DNA of 41,943 nucleotides from an uncultured Candidatus Peribacteria bacterium (GCA_964548055.1 CAZJPS010000002.1:1-41943); one strand, 5' to 3'. Counted from the first letter of the stretch, positions 9,217 through 17,726 are shown. Notes: generated by a model from the sequence alone, not told the origin. Numbers and translations: made by a program.

Positions 9217-9630
9217 TCACATCCACAACACAATCACGAGCGACATCGCCACCATGATCACGAGATGGTAGACGATATTGAAGAGGTACAAGGGTATCGA
9301 TCGTTTCTCCCACAGCACGCCATTCAAAAGAACGGCTGCAACAATGACCCACGACCAAAAGCCCAATTGCAGGGCGTCCATCATAGTAGAGGCATGGATG
9401 ATTGCGGCAAAGAGCGCGAATACGTAGGCAATGACAGCCTGCTGTATGAAGGCACTAACAATGCGAGGAAGCATGTTTTCTTGCTGTGCTTTCTGTTGTT
9501 CTGCCTCAGAAATATTCATGAGTGCCAGCCATTGTTTTCCAAATACTGGGCCATGCCACAGAAAACCAATAACAAAAGAAAGAATGGCAGCAACGAGGAC
9601 TGCTACAAAATTCACATCGAAATACATCAT
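9217..9630 (-). CDS. DUF1761 family membrane protein
   Basis: The N-terminus MMYFDVNFVAVLVAAILSFVIGFLWHGPVFGKQW matches DUF1761. The ORF is 137 aa with four hydrophobic segments. Confidence 0.7.
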   Translation of the reverse strand: MMYFDVNFVAVLVAAILSFVIGFLWHGPVFGKQWLALMNISEAEQQKAQQENMLPRIVSAFIQQAVIAYVFALFAAIIHASTMMDALQLGFWSWVIVAAVLLNGVLWEKRSIPLYLFNIVYHLVIMVAMSLVIVLWM

Positions 9631-9733
9631 ACAAACAGGGGAAGAGTGCGGAAAACGCTATCCCTTTTGGAGGATAGGGTCAATGTCTAAATACTTGTTT
9701 GGAGTACAAGCGATGTGAAGGTAACATTTTTCT

Positions 9734-10315
9734 ATGCAAACAACTCGCATGGAAGCCTTTAGCGATGGCGTGATTGCCATTCTTATTACGATCATGGTTT
9801 TGGAGCTCAAAGTACCGGAAGGCACAGATTTTGAGGCAATTCGTCCTCTTATGATGTCGTTCCTTACCTACGTGCTTAGTTTTATCTACTTGGGCATTTA
9901 TTGGAATAATCATCACCACTTGTTGCACGCTACCGACCATGTAGACGGAAGAATTTTGTGGGCGAATTTGCATCTGCTTTTCTGGCTTTCACTCATCACA
10001 TTCGCTACCGGTTGGATGGCCGAAAATCATCTGGCTCCAGTGGCAACTGCCGTATACGGTGCTGTGCTTTTGATGTGCGCTCTGGCCTATACGATTTTGC
10101 AGATTGCGATCATTAAACACGGTGGGCCAAATGCGCGGTTACGTGAGGCGATTGGAAAAGATATCAAAGGGAAAGTATCACTGGTGCTGTATGTTCTCTC
10201 TGTCCCCCTCGCATTTGCGAATCCATGGATATCGGTGGGTATATTTGTATTTGTGGCGTGTATGTGGCTTATTCCGGATCGCAGAATAGAATTGAGCCTT
10301 GAGCATACGCATTAG
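9734..10315 (+). CDS. TMEM175-family (DUF1211) potassium channel
   Basis: It carries the RMEAFSDGVIAILITIMVLEL signature (RxxxFSD on TM1) and has six predicted TM segments. Confidence 0.8.
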   Translation: MQTTRMEAFSDGVIAILITIMVLELKVPEGTDFEAIRPLMMSFLTYVLSFIYLGIYWNNHHHLLHATDHVDGRILWANLHLLFWLSLITFATGWMAENHLAPVATAVYGAVLLMCALAYTILQIAIIKHGGPNARLREAIGKDIKGKVSLVLYVLSVPLAFANPWISVGIFVFVACMWLIPDRRIELSLEHTH

Positions 10316-10477
10316 TACAAAGCACCTGATATCAGAATAGGGAAGGCAAATAACTGGTTATTTACCTACTCCTTCTTAAGCTGTGGAAGCGCTTTCCGTT
10401 TTCCAAAGCGAAAGCGGTGCATGCGCATTGCTCTTTGGCATAACGGTTTTCAGTTCAAAATCTTGCAGGAGTGTACG

Positions 10478-11290
10478 ATGAAGAATTTTTTCGAGAAGAA
10501 CATGATCAAGATCGCGTTCGTGAGCCTGCACCTGTGTGTGCTGGCTGTCTTTTTCGTTCAGCCGACTTGGACGTCAGCGTGCCTTTGCATAGGGTTTTAC
10601 TTCCTACGCATGTTTGGGATCACCGCGGGCTATCATCGCGGTCTTTCCCATCGATCCTACGAGTCAGGAAGATTCGTAAGGTTCATAATGGCGTGGCTGG
10701 GATGCAGCGCCATGCAGAAAGGACCCTTGTGGTGGGCCGCAAAGCATCGCGACCATCACAAGTACTCCGACACAGGCAATGATCCCCATTCGCCGGTCGC
10801 TCATGGGGTCTGGTGGTCTCACATTGGGTGGGTGCTTTCTTCGTATGAGGAGAAAAAAGCACCCTCCACGGTGAGGGATCTTGCGAAGGCGTGGGAGCTG
10901 CGCTTTCTTGATCGGTACCACTGGGTACCGGGGCTTAGTCTCGCAATTCTCTGTTTCACCTTGGATGGCTGGAGCGGAATTGTGTGGGGATTCGTGGTGA
11001 GCACCGTGCTGCTCTACCACGGGACGTTCCTCGTGAACTCCGTTTGCCATATTTTTGGCAGACAGCGGTTTAAGACAGGGGACCAGAGCAGGAACAACGC
11101 TCTGGTTGCAATCCTGTTCACGATGGGGGAAGGGTGGCATAACAACCACCATCACCGTCCTGCTCTAGCGCGGCAGGGAGTTACATGGTGGGAGCTGGAT
11201 TTTAGCTTCTACATCTTGTGGCTCCTTGCTCAGTGTCGGCTTGTGTGGAATCTGCACAAGCCACCGCCGCGTGGGCGGCTGGAAACCTAG
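10478..11290 (+). CDS. acyl-CoA/acyl-lipid delta-9-type fatty acid desaturase
   Basis: Three His boxes are present: HRGLSHRSY, HRDHHKYSD and GEGWHNNHHH. I prefer the start at ATG 10478 (MKNFFEK); the track ORF begins at 10421. Confidence 0.85.
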   Translation: MKNFFEKNMIKIAFVSLHLCVLAVFFVQPTWTSACLCIGFYFLRMFGITAGYHRGLSHRSYESGRFVRFIMAWLGCSAMQKGPLWWAAKHRDHHKYSDTGNDPHSPVAHGVWWSHIGWVLSSYEEKKAPSTVRDLAKAWELRFLDRYHWVPGLSLAILCFTLDGWSGIVWGFVVSTVLLYHGTFLVNSVCHIFGRQRFKTGDQSRNNALVAILFTMGEGWHNNHHHRPALARQGVTWWELDFSFYILWLLAQCRLVWNLHKPPPRGRLET

Positions 11291-11300
11291 CTAAAGAGCA

Positions 11301-11329
11301 GACCGCCTCCCTGTTATGGGGAGGCGGTC
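11301..11329 (+). terminator. hairpin terminator after the desaturase gene
   Basis: A perfect 11-bp stem pairs GACCGCCTCCC (11301-11311) with GGGAGGCGGTC (11319-11329) around a 7-nt loop. It is followed by ATTTATT. Confidence 0.6.
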
Positions 11330-11353
11330 ATTTATTGATACCGCAAAGGAGAT

Positions 11354-11381
11354 TTGATACAGAAGTCATATTCGCTATACT
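11354..11381 (+). promoter_or_regulatory. sigma70-type promoter for tRNA-Glu
   Basis: TTGATA (11354-11359) and TATACT (11376-11381) are separated by a 16-nt spacer. A GC-rich discriminator (CCGCGCGC) follows. The promoter lies about 45 nt upstream of the tRNA. Confidence 0.5.
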
Positions 11382-11426
11382 CCGCGCGCTCTCTTTCAGG
11401 CAGAATAGAGCCAAATCTTCTCGTAC

Positions 11427-11501
11427 GGCCTCATCGTCTAACGGTTAGGACAGCAGGTTCTCATCCTGCAAATCGGGGTTCGATTCCCCGTGGGGCTGCC
11501 A
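11427..11501 (+). tRNA. tRNA-Glu: tRNA-Glu (anticodon CTC at 11460-11462), with CCA encoded
   Basis: I folded the cloverleaf by hand. The acceptor pairs GGCCTCA with TGGGGCT (two G-U pairs) and the D arm is GTCTAACGGTTAGGAC. The anticodon stem GCAGG/CCTGC carries the loop TTCTCAT. The T arm is CGGGG-TTCGATT-CCCCG, followed by discriminator G and CCA. Confidence 0.9.
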
Positions 11502-11513
11502 CTATTCGTGAAA

Positions 11514-11532
11514 GAAAACCTTCCAGGTTTTC
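11514..11532 (+). terminator. small hairpin downstream of the tRNA
   Basis: GAAAACC-TTCCA-GGTTTTC forms a 7-bp stem and is followed by TCTC. The signal is weak. Confidence 0.3.
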
Positions 11533-11862
11533 TCTCACGGGCTCTCTTTCTGGCAAAGTGCGCCTCCACTTCGGGCAAAGCCCTCGTTCGGCGTTGTTTC
11601 AGTGCTCGAAATCATGGGCATGGGTGATGTGATGGAGGCGCTGAATGTGTCTCGAGAAAAAGGGAAATCACTAGGCAATAGAGATTCTGATTACATTTCT
11701 TAGGACTGCATACCAATGAACCATTCGAAGACACCTGTTTGAGAAAGTCGTGGGGCTGCCAACGTCAGGAGCTGCAATATTCATTCACTATTGCCGTTTC
11801 AGATGCCCGTACACGCACAGCATGAGGTTTTCAGTGCATGTGCGCCGTGCTACCATTTGTTT

Positions 11863-12609
11863 ATGCAAAAGCATTTCAACGCAATTTCCATGATCTTCGC
11901 CGTATTGGCCTGCACTGCATGCAGTTCCAAGACCTCAGTTCAACAATATGAAAACTCGTCTTCTGTTGCAGAAATATCTTTCAGTTCTTCTTCCGTGCAT
12001 GAGGAATCCAAAAGCAGTGTTCCGGAGTCAGTTCCGTCTGTCACGTATGTGGACGGCATTTGCGGAAGCAAAATTCCCTCTACGTGGCATGTGCGCTCCC
12101 AAGATAATCAAGCGGTATGGAATAGAGAGGGCAACATAGAACCTCCCACGGTTTTAACGGCAGATGCGATAATACAAAGACTTGTTGAATGGGACACTCC
12201 GTTATTTAAGCCGGCGCTCTATAGCATGGCAGATGCGGATACGGCATTACGCGGCCACTCAGAGGATCCCGGAGCCGAGGATGCCAATCGCAATGAAATA
12301 GACATCCTTCAGCTTTCCACTGTTGAATTTAAAAACCTTACCACTCTGCTTAATGCGCCACCCGCTCAATATACCTGGGATAAAATTGTGACACCCACAC
12401 ATGAATTGAGTGTTTTGCGGAATACTGATGAAAGCGGAAAATACTATGGTATGGAGCTTTTATTTATTCCCGCAGAGAAGAATGGGAGAAATTCTGGCCT
12501 TATTATAGTAAATCGTTCCAATGATCATGAGTGGAATGAGACATTCCGCGATGGGTTTAGGCATTTCCTAAATACGATAGATTTTAAGAAATGTCCGTCA
12601 GACTGGTAG
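11863..12609 (+). CDS. hypothetical lipoprotein
   Basis: I prefer the start at MQKHFNAISMIFAVLACTACSSK, which gives a signal peptide with a lipobox-like LACTAC. A Ser-rich linker follows, and I recognise no other domain. Confidence 0.6.
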   Translation: MQKHFNAISMIFAVLACTACSSKTSVQQYENSSSVAEISFSSSSVHEESKSSVPESVPSVTYVDGICGSKIPSTWHVRSQDNQAVWNREGNIEPPTVLTADAIIQRLVEWDTPLFKPALYSMADADTALRGHSEDPGAEDANRNEIDILQLSTVEFKNLTTLLNAPPAQYTWDKIVTPTHELSVLRNTDESGKYYGMELLFIPAEKNGRNSGLIIVNRSNDHEWNETFRDGFRHFLNTIDFKKCPSDW

Positions 12610-12738
12610 ATAAGGCAGGGTTTTGGATCAGTAAGTATATCATTGTATGAATCAATGAATCTGAATCGAATGTAGCATTGCCATCGCATACAAGATTATT
12701 GAAGATGTGATTTCTGAAATATTTTTTCTCAAAAAACC

Positions 12739-12779
12739 TTGACCGCTCAATGTTAGCACTCTATACTGTTGAGTGCTAA
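12739..12779 (+). promoter_or_regulatory. sigma70 promoter overlapped by a perfect CIRCE (HrcA operator) element
   Basis: TTGACC (12739-12744) and TATACT (12762-12767) are separated by a 17-nt spacer. TTAGCACTC (12753-12761), N9, GAGTGCTAA (12771-12779) equals the CIRCE consensus exactly. Confidence 0.8.
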
Positions 12780-12803
12780 TTTTATTTCATTCCCCCAATT
12801 TCT

Positions 12804-13286
12804 ATGCAGTTAATGCCATGGAAACGAAACGATGCAGTGGAGCGGGGTGTGACACTCCGCGACGCAATGAATCAATTATTTGATGAATCTTTCTGGGATC
12901 CCATGCGATTCTTTTCTGATCAATCCTTATTTACTACCGAACGCAAATGGCAATTCCTTCCTAGTTTTGATATTGCTGAAACAGACAAGGAATTACACAT
13001 CGTTGCAGATGTTCCTGGGTACGATCCAAAGAATGTTCATGTGAAAATTGATAACGGTATTCTGACCATTGAAGGAACAATGGAAGAAGACAAAGAAGAG
13101 AAGAATAAAAAATGGCATCGCCGCGAAACATCGCGCGGAAACTTTATGAGGCAGGTTTCTTTGCCACAGGGAGTGAGCGATAAAGATGTGAAATGCAAAC
13201 TGAAGAATGGCAAGCTGACTATTTCTGTTCAAAAGCCTAAAGAAATTCAGTCCCAAGGAAAAATGCTTCAGATTGAATCGGAATAA
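12804..13286 (+). CDS. Hsp20/alpha-crystallin family small heat-shock protein
   Basis: The alpha-crystallin domain reads FLPSFDIAETDKELHIVADVPGYDPKNVHVKIDNGILTIEG...GNFMRQVSLPQGV...KLKNGKLTISVQKP. Confidence 0.9.
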   Translation: MQLMPWKRNDAVERGVTLRDAMNQLFDESFWDPMRFFSDQSLFTTERKWQFLPSFDIAETDKELHIVADVPGYDPKNVHVKIDNGILTIEGTMEEDKEEKNKKWHRRETSRGNFMRQVSLPQGVSDKDVKCKLKNGKLTISVQKPKEIQSQGKMLQIESE

Positions 13287-13304
13287 ATCGGTGTATGTAT
13301 GAGA

Positions 13305-13331
13305 ATGGCAGGCAATCCCTGCCATTTTTTT
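13305..13331 (+). terminator. rho-independent terminator of hsp20
   Basis: ATGGCAGG (13305-13312) pairs with CCTGCCAT (13318-13325). A T7 run follows at 13326-13331. Confidence 0.75.
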
Positions 13332-13385
13332 GAATGCAGAAGATACTGCGGCAATTAAACAATCTTTGCGGGAGACTAAAAAATT

Positions 13386-13601
13386 ATGAGCGGGAATTTT
13401 TCCTCTATACGACAGGGAAGGGTGTATACTGCACGCATGGAAAAAATTCGCATTGAGCAGCATAGTGCGATGGGCGGTGCTTGGTTCGCACTGTGGCTCT
13501 TCACCATTGGCTTTCTGCAGTTAAGTTTCTGGAAAGGGGTCCTGGCGCTACTGCTATGGCCATACTTTCTTGGCGCAGCGATGAGCAGTATCGTCCGGTA
13601 A
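13386..13601 (+). CDS. small two-TM membrane protein
   Basis: The 71-aa ORF contains GGAWFALWLFTIGFLQLSFWKGVLALLLWPYFLG, which looks like a conserved small membrane protein. The start could instead be the internal MEKIRIEQ. Confidence 0.5.
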   Translation: MSGNFSSIRQGRVYTARMEKIRIEQHSAMGGAWFALWLFTIGFLQLSFWKGVLALLLWPYFLGAAMSSIVR

Positions 13602-13976
13602 TACTCTCGTGATGTCAGTGAGGCGTCCGCGGAATCTTCCAATGACACGGTTCGTTGCACTGTGTGCAGTACTGCTCGCCGCCATCGTGTGGTGCGCCAC
13701 GTACGCATGCTGCATTGCAGCAGCCTGAGCGGATAAGATCCCGTATTTCGGCTGGAAGAACTCTTCTTTGTTCTACTGTAAAATGTTTGGGGCAATAGGG
13801 TTTCCCATGCGAAGCGTTGCCGCATCCCTTAAAAGGGCAGATTTCACGTTTTTTTTGAATGAGTGGGGAGGGAAAGGTGAGAGCGTTACTATCTTCACAC
13901 TACTCGTCTTTTGTGTTCTATCCTAGAAAAGAAATCACTTTCTTTTGCGTGCAGAAGTCTTGTACCGGGCTTTTTC

Positions 13977-14612
13977 CTACGCTATTTGCGTACAATGCTT
14001 CATTTCTCTTTCCAGGAGTGCTGCCTTCACTGCTGCTCCCCATCTATATCCAGAAAGTGAGCCATCCGCTCGTATCACCCTGTGGCAGGGGATGATGACG
14101 GCGATTTGGTTGGAGGCACAGGCTTGCGCTACTGCTCGCATGGCTTTTGGTTTGCTTATCCTTTGTGCAATCTCTGCGTATGAGGCCGTTGTTCCCAAAG
14201 GGATCGTGCGCAGGGCGTTCCAAACGTTTTTTTGAAATTCCGTACCGTGTATGTCGAGCGGTACATGGATGGATGAGCCAGGGGTTTCTATGGCGTCTAT
14301 TACTCTGCATATGCATGTTTGTATCTCAGGATCTCTTGCGCTTAACACAGCATGAGGGAAACTCGTCTGGAACTCACTCAGAAGTACAGCACTGTTCGTG
14401 CCTATCGTAATCGCAAAAACACCCTTCTCCGACACAGCGACCAACACAGACCCAAGAGAAGATGTTCCCACTGCAAAACGAATGAGGGGATTCTTCGTTG
14501 CCGAAATAGATCTTTTGCGGAGCGATACAGGGGTTCTCATACATTCAGTGTAGCGTCTTTTCGCAGTATCTCCTCTTCCTCCCATATTTTCTACTTTCAC
14601 TCTCACTCCCAT
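13977..14612 (-). CDS. ogt: methylated-DNA--protein-cysteine methyltransferase
   Basis: It has the active-site PCHRVIRADGSLSGYRWG and the HTH segment TASYAEIAQRISKPKAMRAVAQAC. Its ATG overlaps the upstream stop in a TAATG at 14610-14614. Confidence 0.85.
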   Translation of the reverse strand: MGVRVKVENMGGRGDTAKRRYTECMRTPVSLRKRSISATKNPLIRFAVGTSSLGSVLVAVSEKGVFAITIGTNSAVLLSEFQTSFPHAVLSARDPEIQTCICRVIDAIETPGSSIHVPLDIHGTEFQKNVWNALRTIPLGTTASYAEIAQRISKPKAMRAVAQACASNQIAVIIPCHRVIRADGSLSGYRWGAAVKAALLEREMKHCTQIA

Positions 14613-15619
14613 TATTCTTTTTCCAATTTCATCACCTCCTCCGCAACATACTTCGTATACACATGCGCCCCCGCATCATTGGTATGCGTAAGATCACTTA
14701 AATACTGATCATCCATCACCCAAAGCTTGGGAAGAACTCTACAATTGTGCGTGGGTGCCAATTCTTGCTGAACTCTTGTGAAAAGTTTTTCTATCGATCT
14801 CCCAATTCTTTGGTCGGTTTCTACTACGTGTGAAAGGGGATTGAAGGCGAGGTACAGCTGAATATTATTCTCTTCAGCAAGCGTACACAGTTCATGGAGG
14901 AGCGGCATACTGTAGGTAGCAAGGTTCAATCCTCCACCACTGAGTGTGAGTTTATAGAATGGATCTAGATTTCTTTCCGATAATTCCAAATTTGGGTGAT
15001 GCATCTGCGGATTGAAAGGTTCGTATCCCTTCAGTCCTTTGCCCTCCATATATTTGAGCATGTTTTCATACTGCGCTTGTTTGTTCAGCAGTGCACCACG
15101 CGTAAATGCCACTTTTTCGCGGTACATGAACGATGGAAACACTTTCTCGAAGAGCAGACGGCCGAACTGCGGCACCGACATCACACCGCTCTTAGTGGCG
15201 CGCAGGGCAACATCGGTGTTGTTGAACTGAAGACGCACAATTTCGTATCCGTAGCCGATGTACCAAGAGAGAACACTGCGCACGAGCACAATGGTTGTAG
15301 GTGCTGGATGATGGTCCAGGTAATCCCGAAGCAAATAGATATCGCCAATCGCATTCCTATCGGCGTACGTGGTGAGATTGAGAGTCTTCTTCCCCGTCAC
15401 GTGTTCGTACACATCGGGGATAATTCCCTGAATGCCTGTGGAATCTCCCAGAATCAACGTGTCGTAATTGGTAGGTTCCGCAATCAGCTCCTTTTTTTTC
15501 TCTACCCTATCCCATTCTTTCCACTCCACCGGAAATGATTTGTAGATCACAGGAACCAACTGCTCTGTTGTGAGCAGAAGAATCACACATGCCCCAATCT
15601 GGAGGACTTTTCGGTTCAT
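14612..15619 (-). CDS. SGNH/GDSL-like partner of the MBOAT (DltD/PatB/AlgJ-like O-acyl transfer protein)
   Basis: I prefer the start at ATG 15619 (MNRKVLQIGACVILLL), which gives a signal anchor. It has the TLILGDSTG block I and the SDLTHTNDAGAH DxxH block V. A TAATG overlap joins it to the MBOAT stop at 15617-15621. Confidence 0.65.
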   Translation of the reverse strand: MNRKVLQIGACVILLLTTEQLVPVIYKSFPVEWKEWDRVEKKKELIAEPTNYDTLILGDSTGIQGIIPDVYEHVTGKKTLNLTTYADRNAIGDIYLLRDYLDHHPAPTTIVLVRSVLSWYIGYGYEIVRLQFNNTDVALRATKSGVMSVPQFGRLLFEKVFPSFMYREKVAFTRGALLNKQAQYENMLKYMEGKGLKGYEPFNPQMHHPNLELSERNLDPFYKLTLSGGGLNLATYSMPLLHELCTLAEENNIQLYLAFNPLSHVVETDQRIGRSIEKLFTRVQQELAPTHNCRVLPKLWVMDDQYLSDLTHTNDAGAHVYTKYVAEEVMKLEKE

Positions 15620-17013
15620 TAGAATTGCACGTAGATGAATTGTTGAGGTACTAAGGGTGGCAAGTAGAGGAGTACATAGTATGCGGCAAAATAGAAAATG
15701 AGCTGCTTCCCAAGGGAAAACCGAGCGAAGGCGAGCAGATCTGCATAGTAGAGTTGCAGCATGTGCATCAGCACTATGGGGAGCCACAGGAGAGCGACAA
15801 GCAGCAAAGCCGGGTCTAGAAGTGTGTAGGAGGACTGTATAAACACGCGCAGTGCATCATTCAGAGTGGGACTTTGGAAAAAGATCCATCCGATGCTGGT
15901 GAGTGCGAAGAACAAGAGAATGGCGAGACCGGTTTCGTTCATGCGCTGAATGAATCTGCTTCCGGGATAAAACAGATTCGCGCCAAATCTGTAGGCGATC
16001 AGAAGGAATCCGTGATACAGACCCCAGATGACAAACGTCCAGCGTGCCCCGTGCCACAAGCCGCACAAACCCATCGTGATGAGGAGATTCATGGCAATGC
16101 GTGGGTTGCTGCATCTGCTTCCTCCCAATGGAATGTATACGTACTGCTGGAACCACTGCGAGAGCGTGATATGCCATCGCTTCCAGAAGTCACTCGGTGT
16201 ACTGGAAAGATAGGGCATACGGAAGTTCCAGGAGAGCTCGAATCCTAAAAGTGAAGCGAGACCTTTCGCCATATCGGAGTATCCGGAGAAATCAGCGTAG
16301 ATTTGGAGTGAGAGAGCCAGAATCCCCACAAAGAATGTTGTTTCTGCGGGTGATGTAAAAAGTCCTTTGGCAATCAGCGCTGCATTATCAGCAATCACAT
16401 ATTTCTGAATTCCTCCCCATACCAGCAAGTAGATTCCATCAGAGAATGTTTTAGAAGTGAGAGGTCTTTCTGTTTTAAATTGTTCCAGGAGAGGTCCTGG
16501 CTTTTCTATGGGCCCTGATGCGAGCTTCGGGAAAAAAGAAATGAGCAGCGCGTAGTGTAGGAAGTTGCGCTCTGGCGGTATGGTCCCTCTATACACATCA
16601 ATCAAATAACTGAGGATCTGAAAGATATAAAAAGAGATGCCCAGCGGAAGGAGAATCTGCAGCGAAACTGAATCCGGTCTTAACCCAAGGAGGGGGAGAA
16701 GAGGGGAAAGTGAAGCAATGAAAAAGTTGTAGTACTTGAAGTAGAGCAGAGTTCCTATGCACACAAAAATCCCAAGCCACAGGAGAAAGGTGCGATATTT
16801 CGATGTGTGCAGCTGTAATGCAATAAGATACGTGAAAACGATTGCAACAAGCAGAAGCCAGAAAAATCGCGCATCCCAGAGCAGATAGAAGCCAAAACTT
16901 CCGAGGAGTAGGAGAATATTGCGAGCAGTAATGTGTTTATGTACAAACCAATACAGAATAAAAAAACCTGTGAAGAGGCTCCAGAATGTGAGATCGGAAA
17001 ATTGCATGAGCAA
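15619..17013 (-). CDS. MBOAT-family membrane O-acyltransferase (AlgI/DltB/PatA-like)
   Basis: The 464-aa polytopic protein carries FWKRWHITLSQWFQQYVYIPLGGSR and the conserved His in GLCGLWHGA. Confidence 0.85.
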   Translation of the reverse strand: MLMQFSDLTFWSLFTGFFILYWFVHKHITARNILLLLGSFGFYLLWDARFFWLLLVAIVFTYLIALQLHTSKYRTFLLWLGIFVCIGTLLYFKYYNFFIASLSPLLPLLGLRPDSVSLQILLPLGISFYIFQILSYLIDVYRGTIPPERNFLHYALLISFFPKLASGPIEKPGPLLEQFKTERPLTSKTFSDGIYLLVWGGIQKYVIADNAALIAKGLFTSPAETTFFVGILALSLQIYADFSGYSDMAKGLASLLGFELSWNFRMPYLSSTPSDFWKRWHITLSQWFQQYVYIPLGGSRCSNPRIAMNLLITMGLCGLWHGARWTFVIWGLYHGFLLIAYRFGANLFYPGSRFIQRMNETGLAILLFFALTSIGWIFFQSPTLNDALRVFIQSSYTLLDPALLLVALLWLPIVLMHMLQLYYADLLAFARFSLGKQLIFYFAAYYVLLYLPPLVPQQFIYVQF

Positions 17014-17102
17014 CGGTCAGTTAAGCAAATTTTGGATCGTATCGCTATGTAACTTGGAGCGGACAGTTTTTAGTTTGTAGTTTTTGGTTTTTAGGAAGAG
17101 AT

Positions 17103-17660
17103 TTATTTTGTGAATGTAAAGGACTGTGCCACGGTATCGAACATGTTCAGTATTCCATCGCGATCAAATGCTTCTGTGTGGTTGTCGCCGCAATCTGGGC
17201 CTAAGTTGCAGCTATGCAGGCGAGTGGTGAGTACAAAGCACTGCCCTTTGTACTCCTGCATGTACGTAACACCTTCGTACAGATTCCCTGCACCGACACC
17301 ACTCCATTCGTAACGGCTCCATTCTTGTCCATTTCGCAGCACGACGTGAGCAGGGGTATCCATAATGGGGCATGTTGCCGCGTGAGCAACATGAAACTGT
17401 GCTTCGAAAAGAGTAGTGTGATCTTTCTCTGCCGGATACACAAAAGAGGTACCGGTGATTTGGTAGTTTTGGGTATTCATGATGGATTCTTCTTGAACAG
17501 ACCAATCTGTTGGATACATCACTTCGTATAATCCATCACTACTGCGATAGATTTTTAGATTTCTTTGTGGCGCACTGGAGACCGAAGATTCCTCTGTTCC
17601 CGATGGAGTATGCGCACAGGATGCGAGGAGTACGGCAGTGATGAGAAGGACGCGGCGCAT
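17103..17660 (-). CDS. hypothetical lipoprotein
   Basis: It has the lipobox MRRVLLITAVLLASC. I recognise no other domain. Confidence 0.6.
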   Translation of the reverse strand: MRRVLLITAVLLASCAHTPSGTEESSVSSAPQRNLKIYRSSDGLYEVMYPTDWSVQEESIMNTQNYQITGTSFVYPAEKDHTTLFEAQFHVAHAATCPIMDTPAHVVLRNGQEWSRYEWSGVGAGNLYEGVTYMQEYKGQCFVLTTRLHSCNLGPDCGDNHTEAFDRDGILNMFDTVAQSFTFTK

Positions 17661-17726
17661 AGGGTTATTATAGGGAATATGGCGCTTGCCTCATAGCCAA
17701 GCAGTCAGATTTCTTACTAGGCCTGC

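Noticed and set aside
9142-9690. 182-aa plus-strand ORF (also 9431-9718).
   Set aside because: It is antisense to the DUF1761 gene, which has a recognisable N-terminal signature. Its His/Cys-rich sequence is implausible.
10664-11155. 163-aa minus-strand ORF.
   Set aside because: It is antisense to the desaturase gene, which carries three intact His boxes.
11502-11790. I considered a second tRNA, an intron-containing tRNA or a tmRNA downstream of tRNA-Glu.
   Set aside because: I could not find a 5' acceptor strand able to pair with TGGGGCT, nor a T arm next to the duplicated 3' end. Only fragments (TTAGGAC and the 13-nt 3' end) are shared, so I report it as a scar rather than a gene.
13376-13825. 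149-aa minus-strand ORF spanning the hsp20-ogt gap.
   Set aside because: It overlaps the better-supported small membrane protein gene, is Arg/Ser/Thr-rich and has no motif. I treat the gap as non-coding except for the possible 38-codon ORF reported above.
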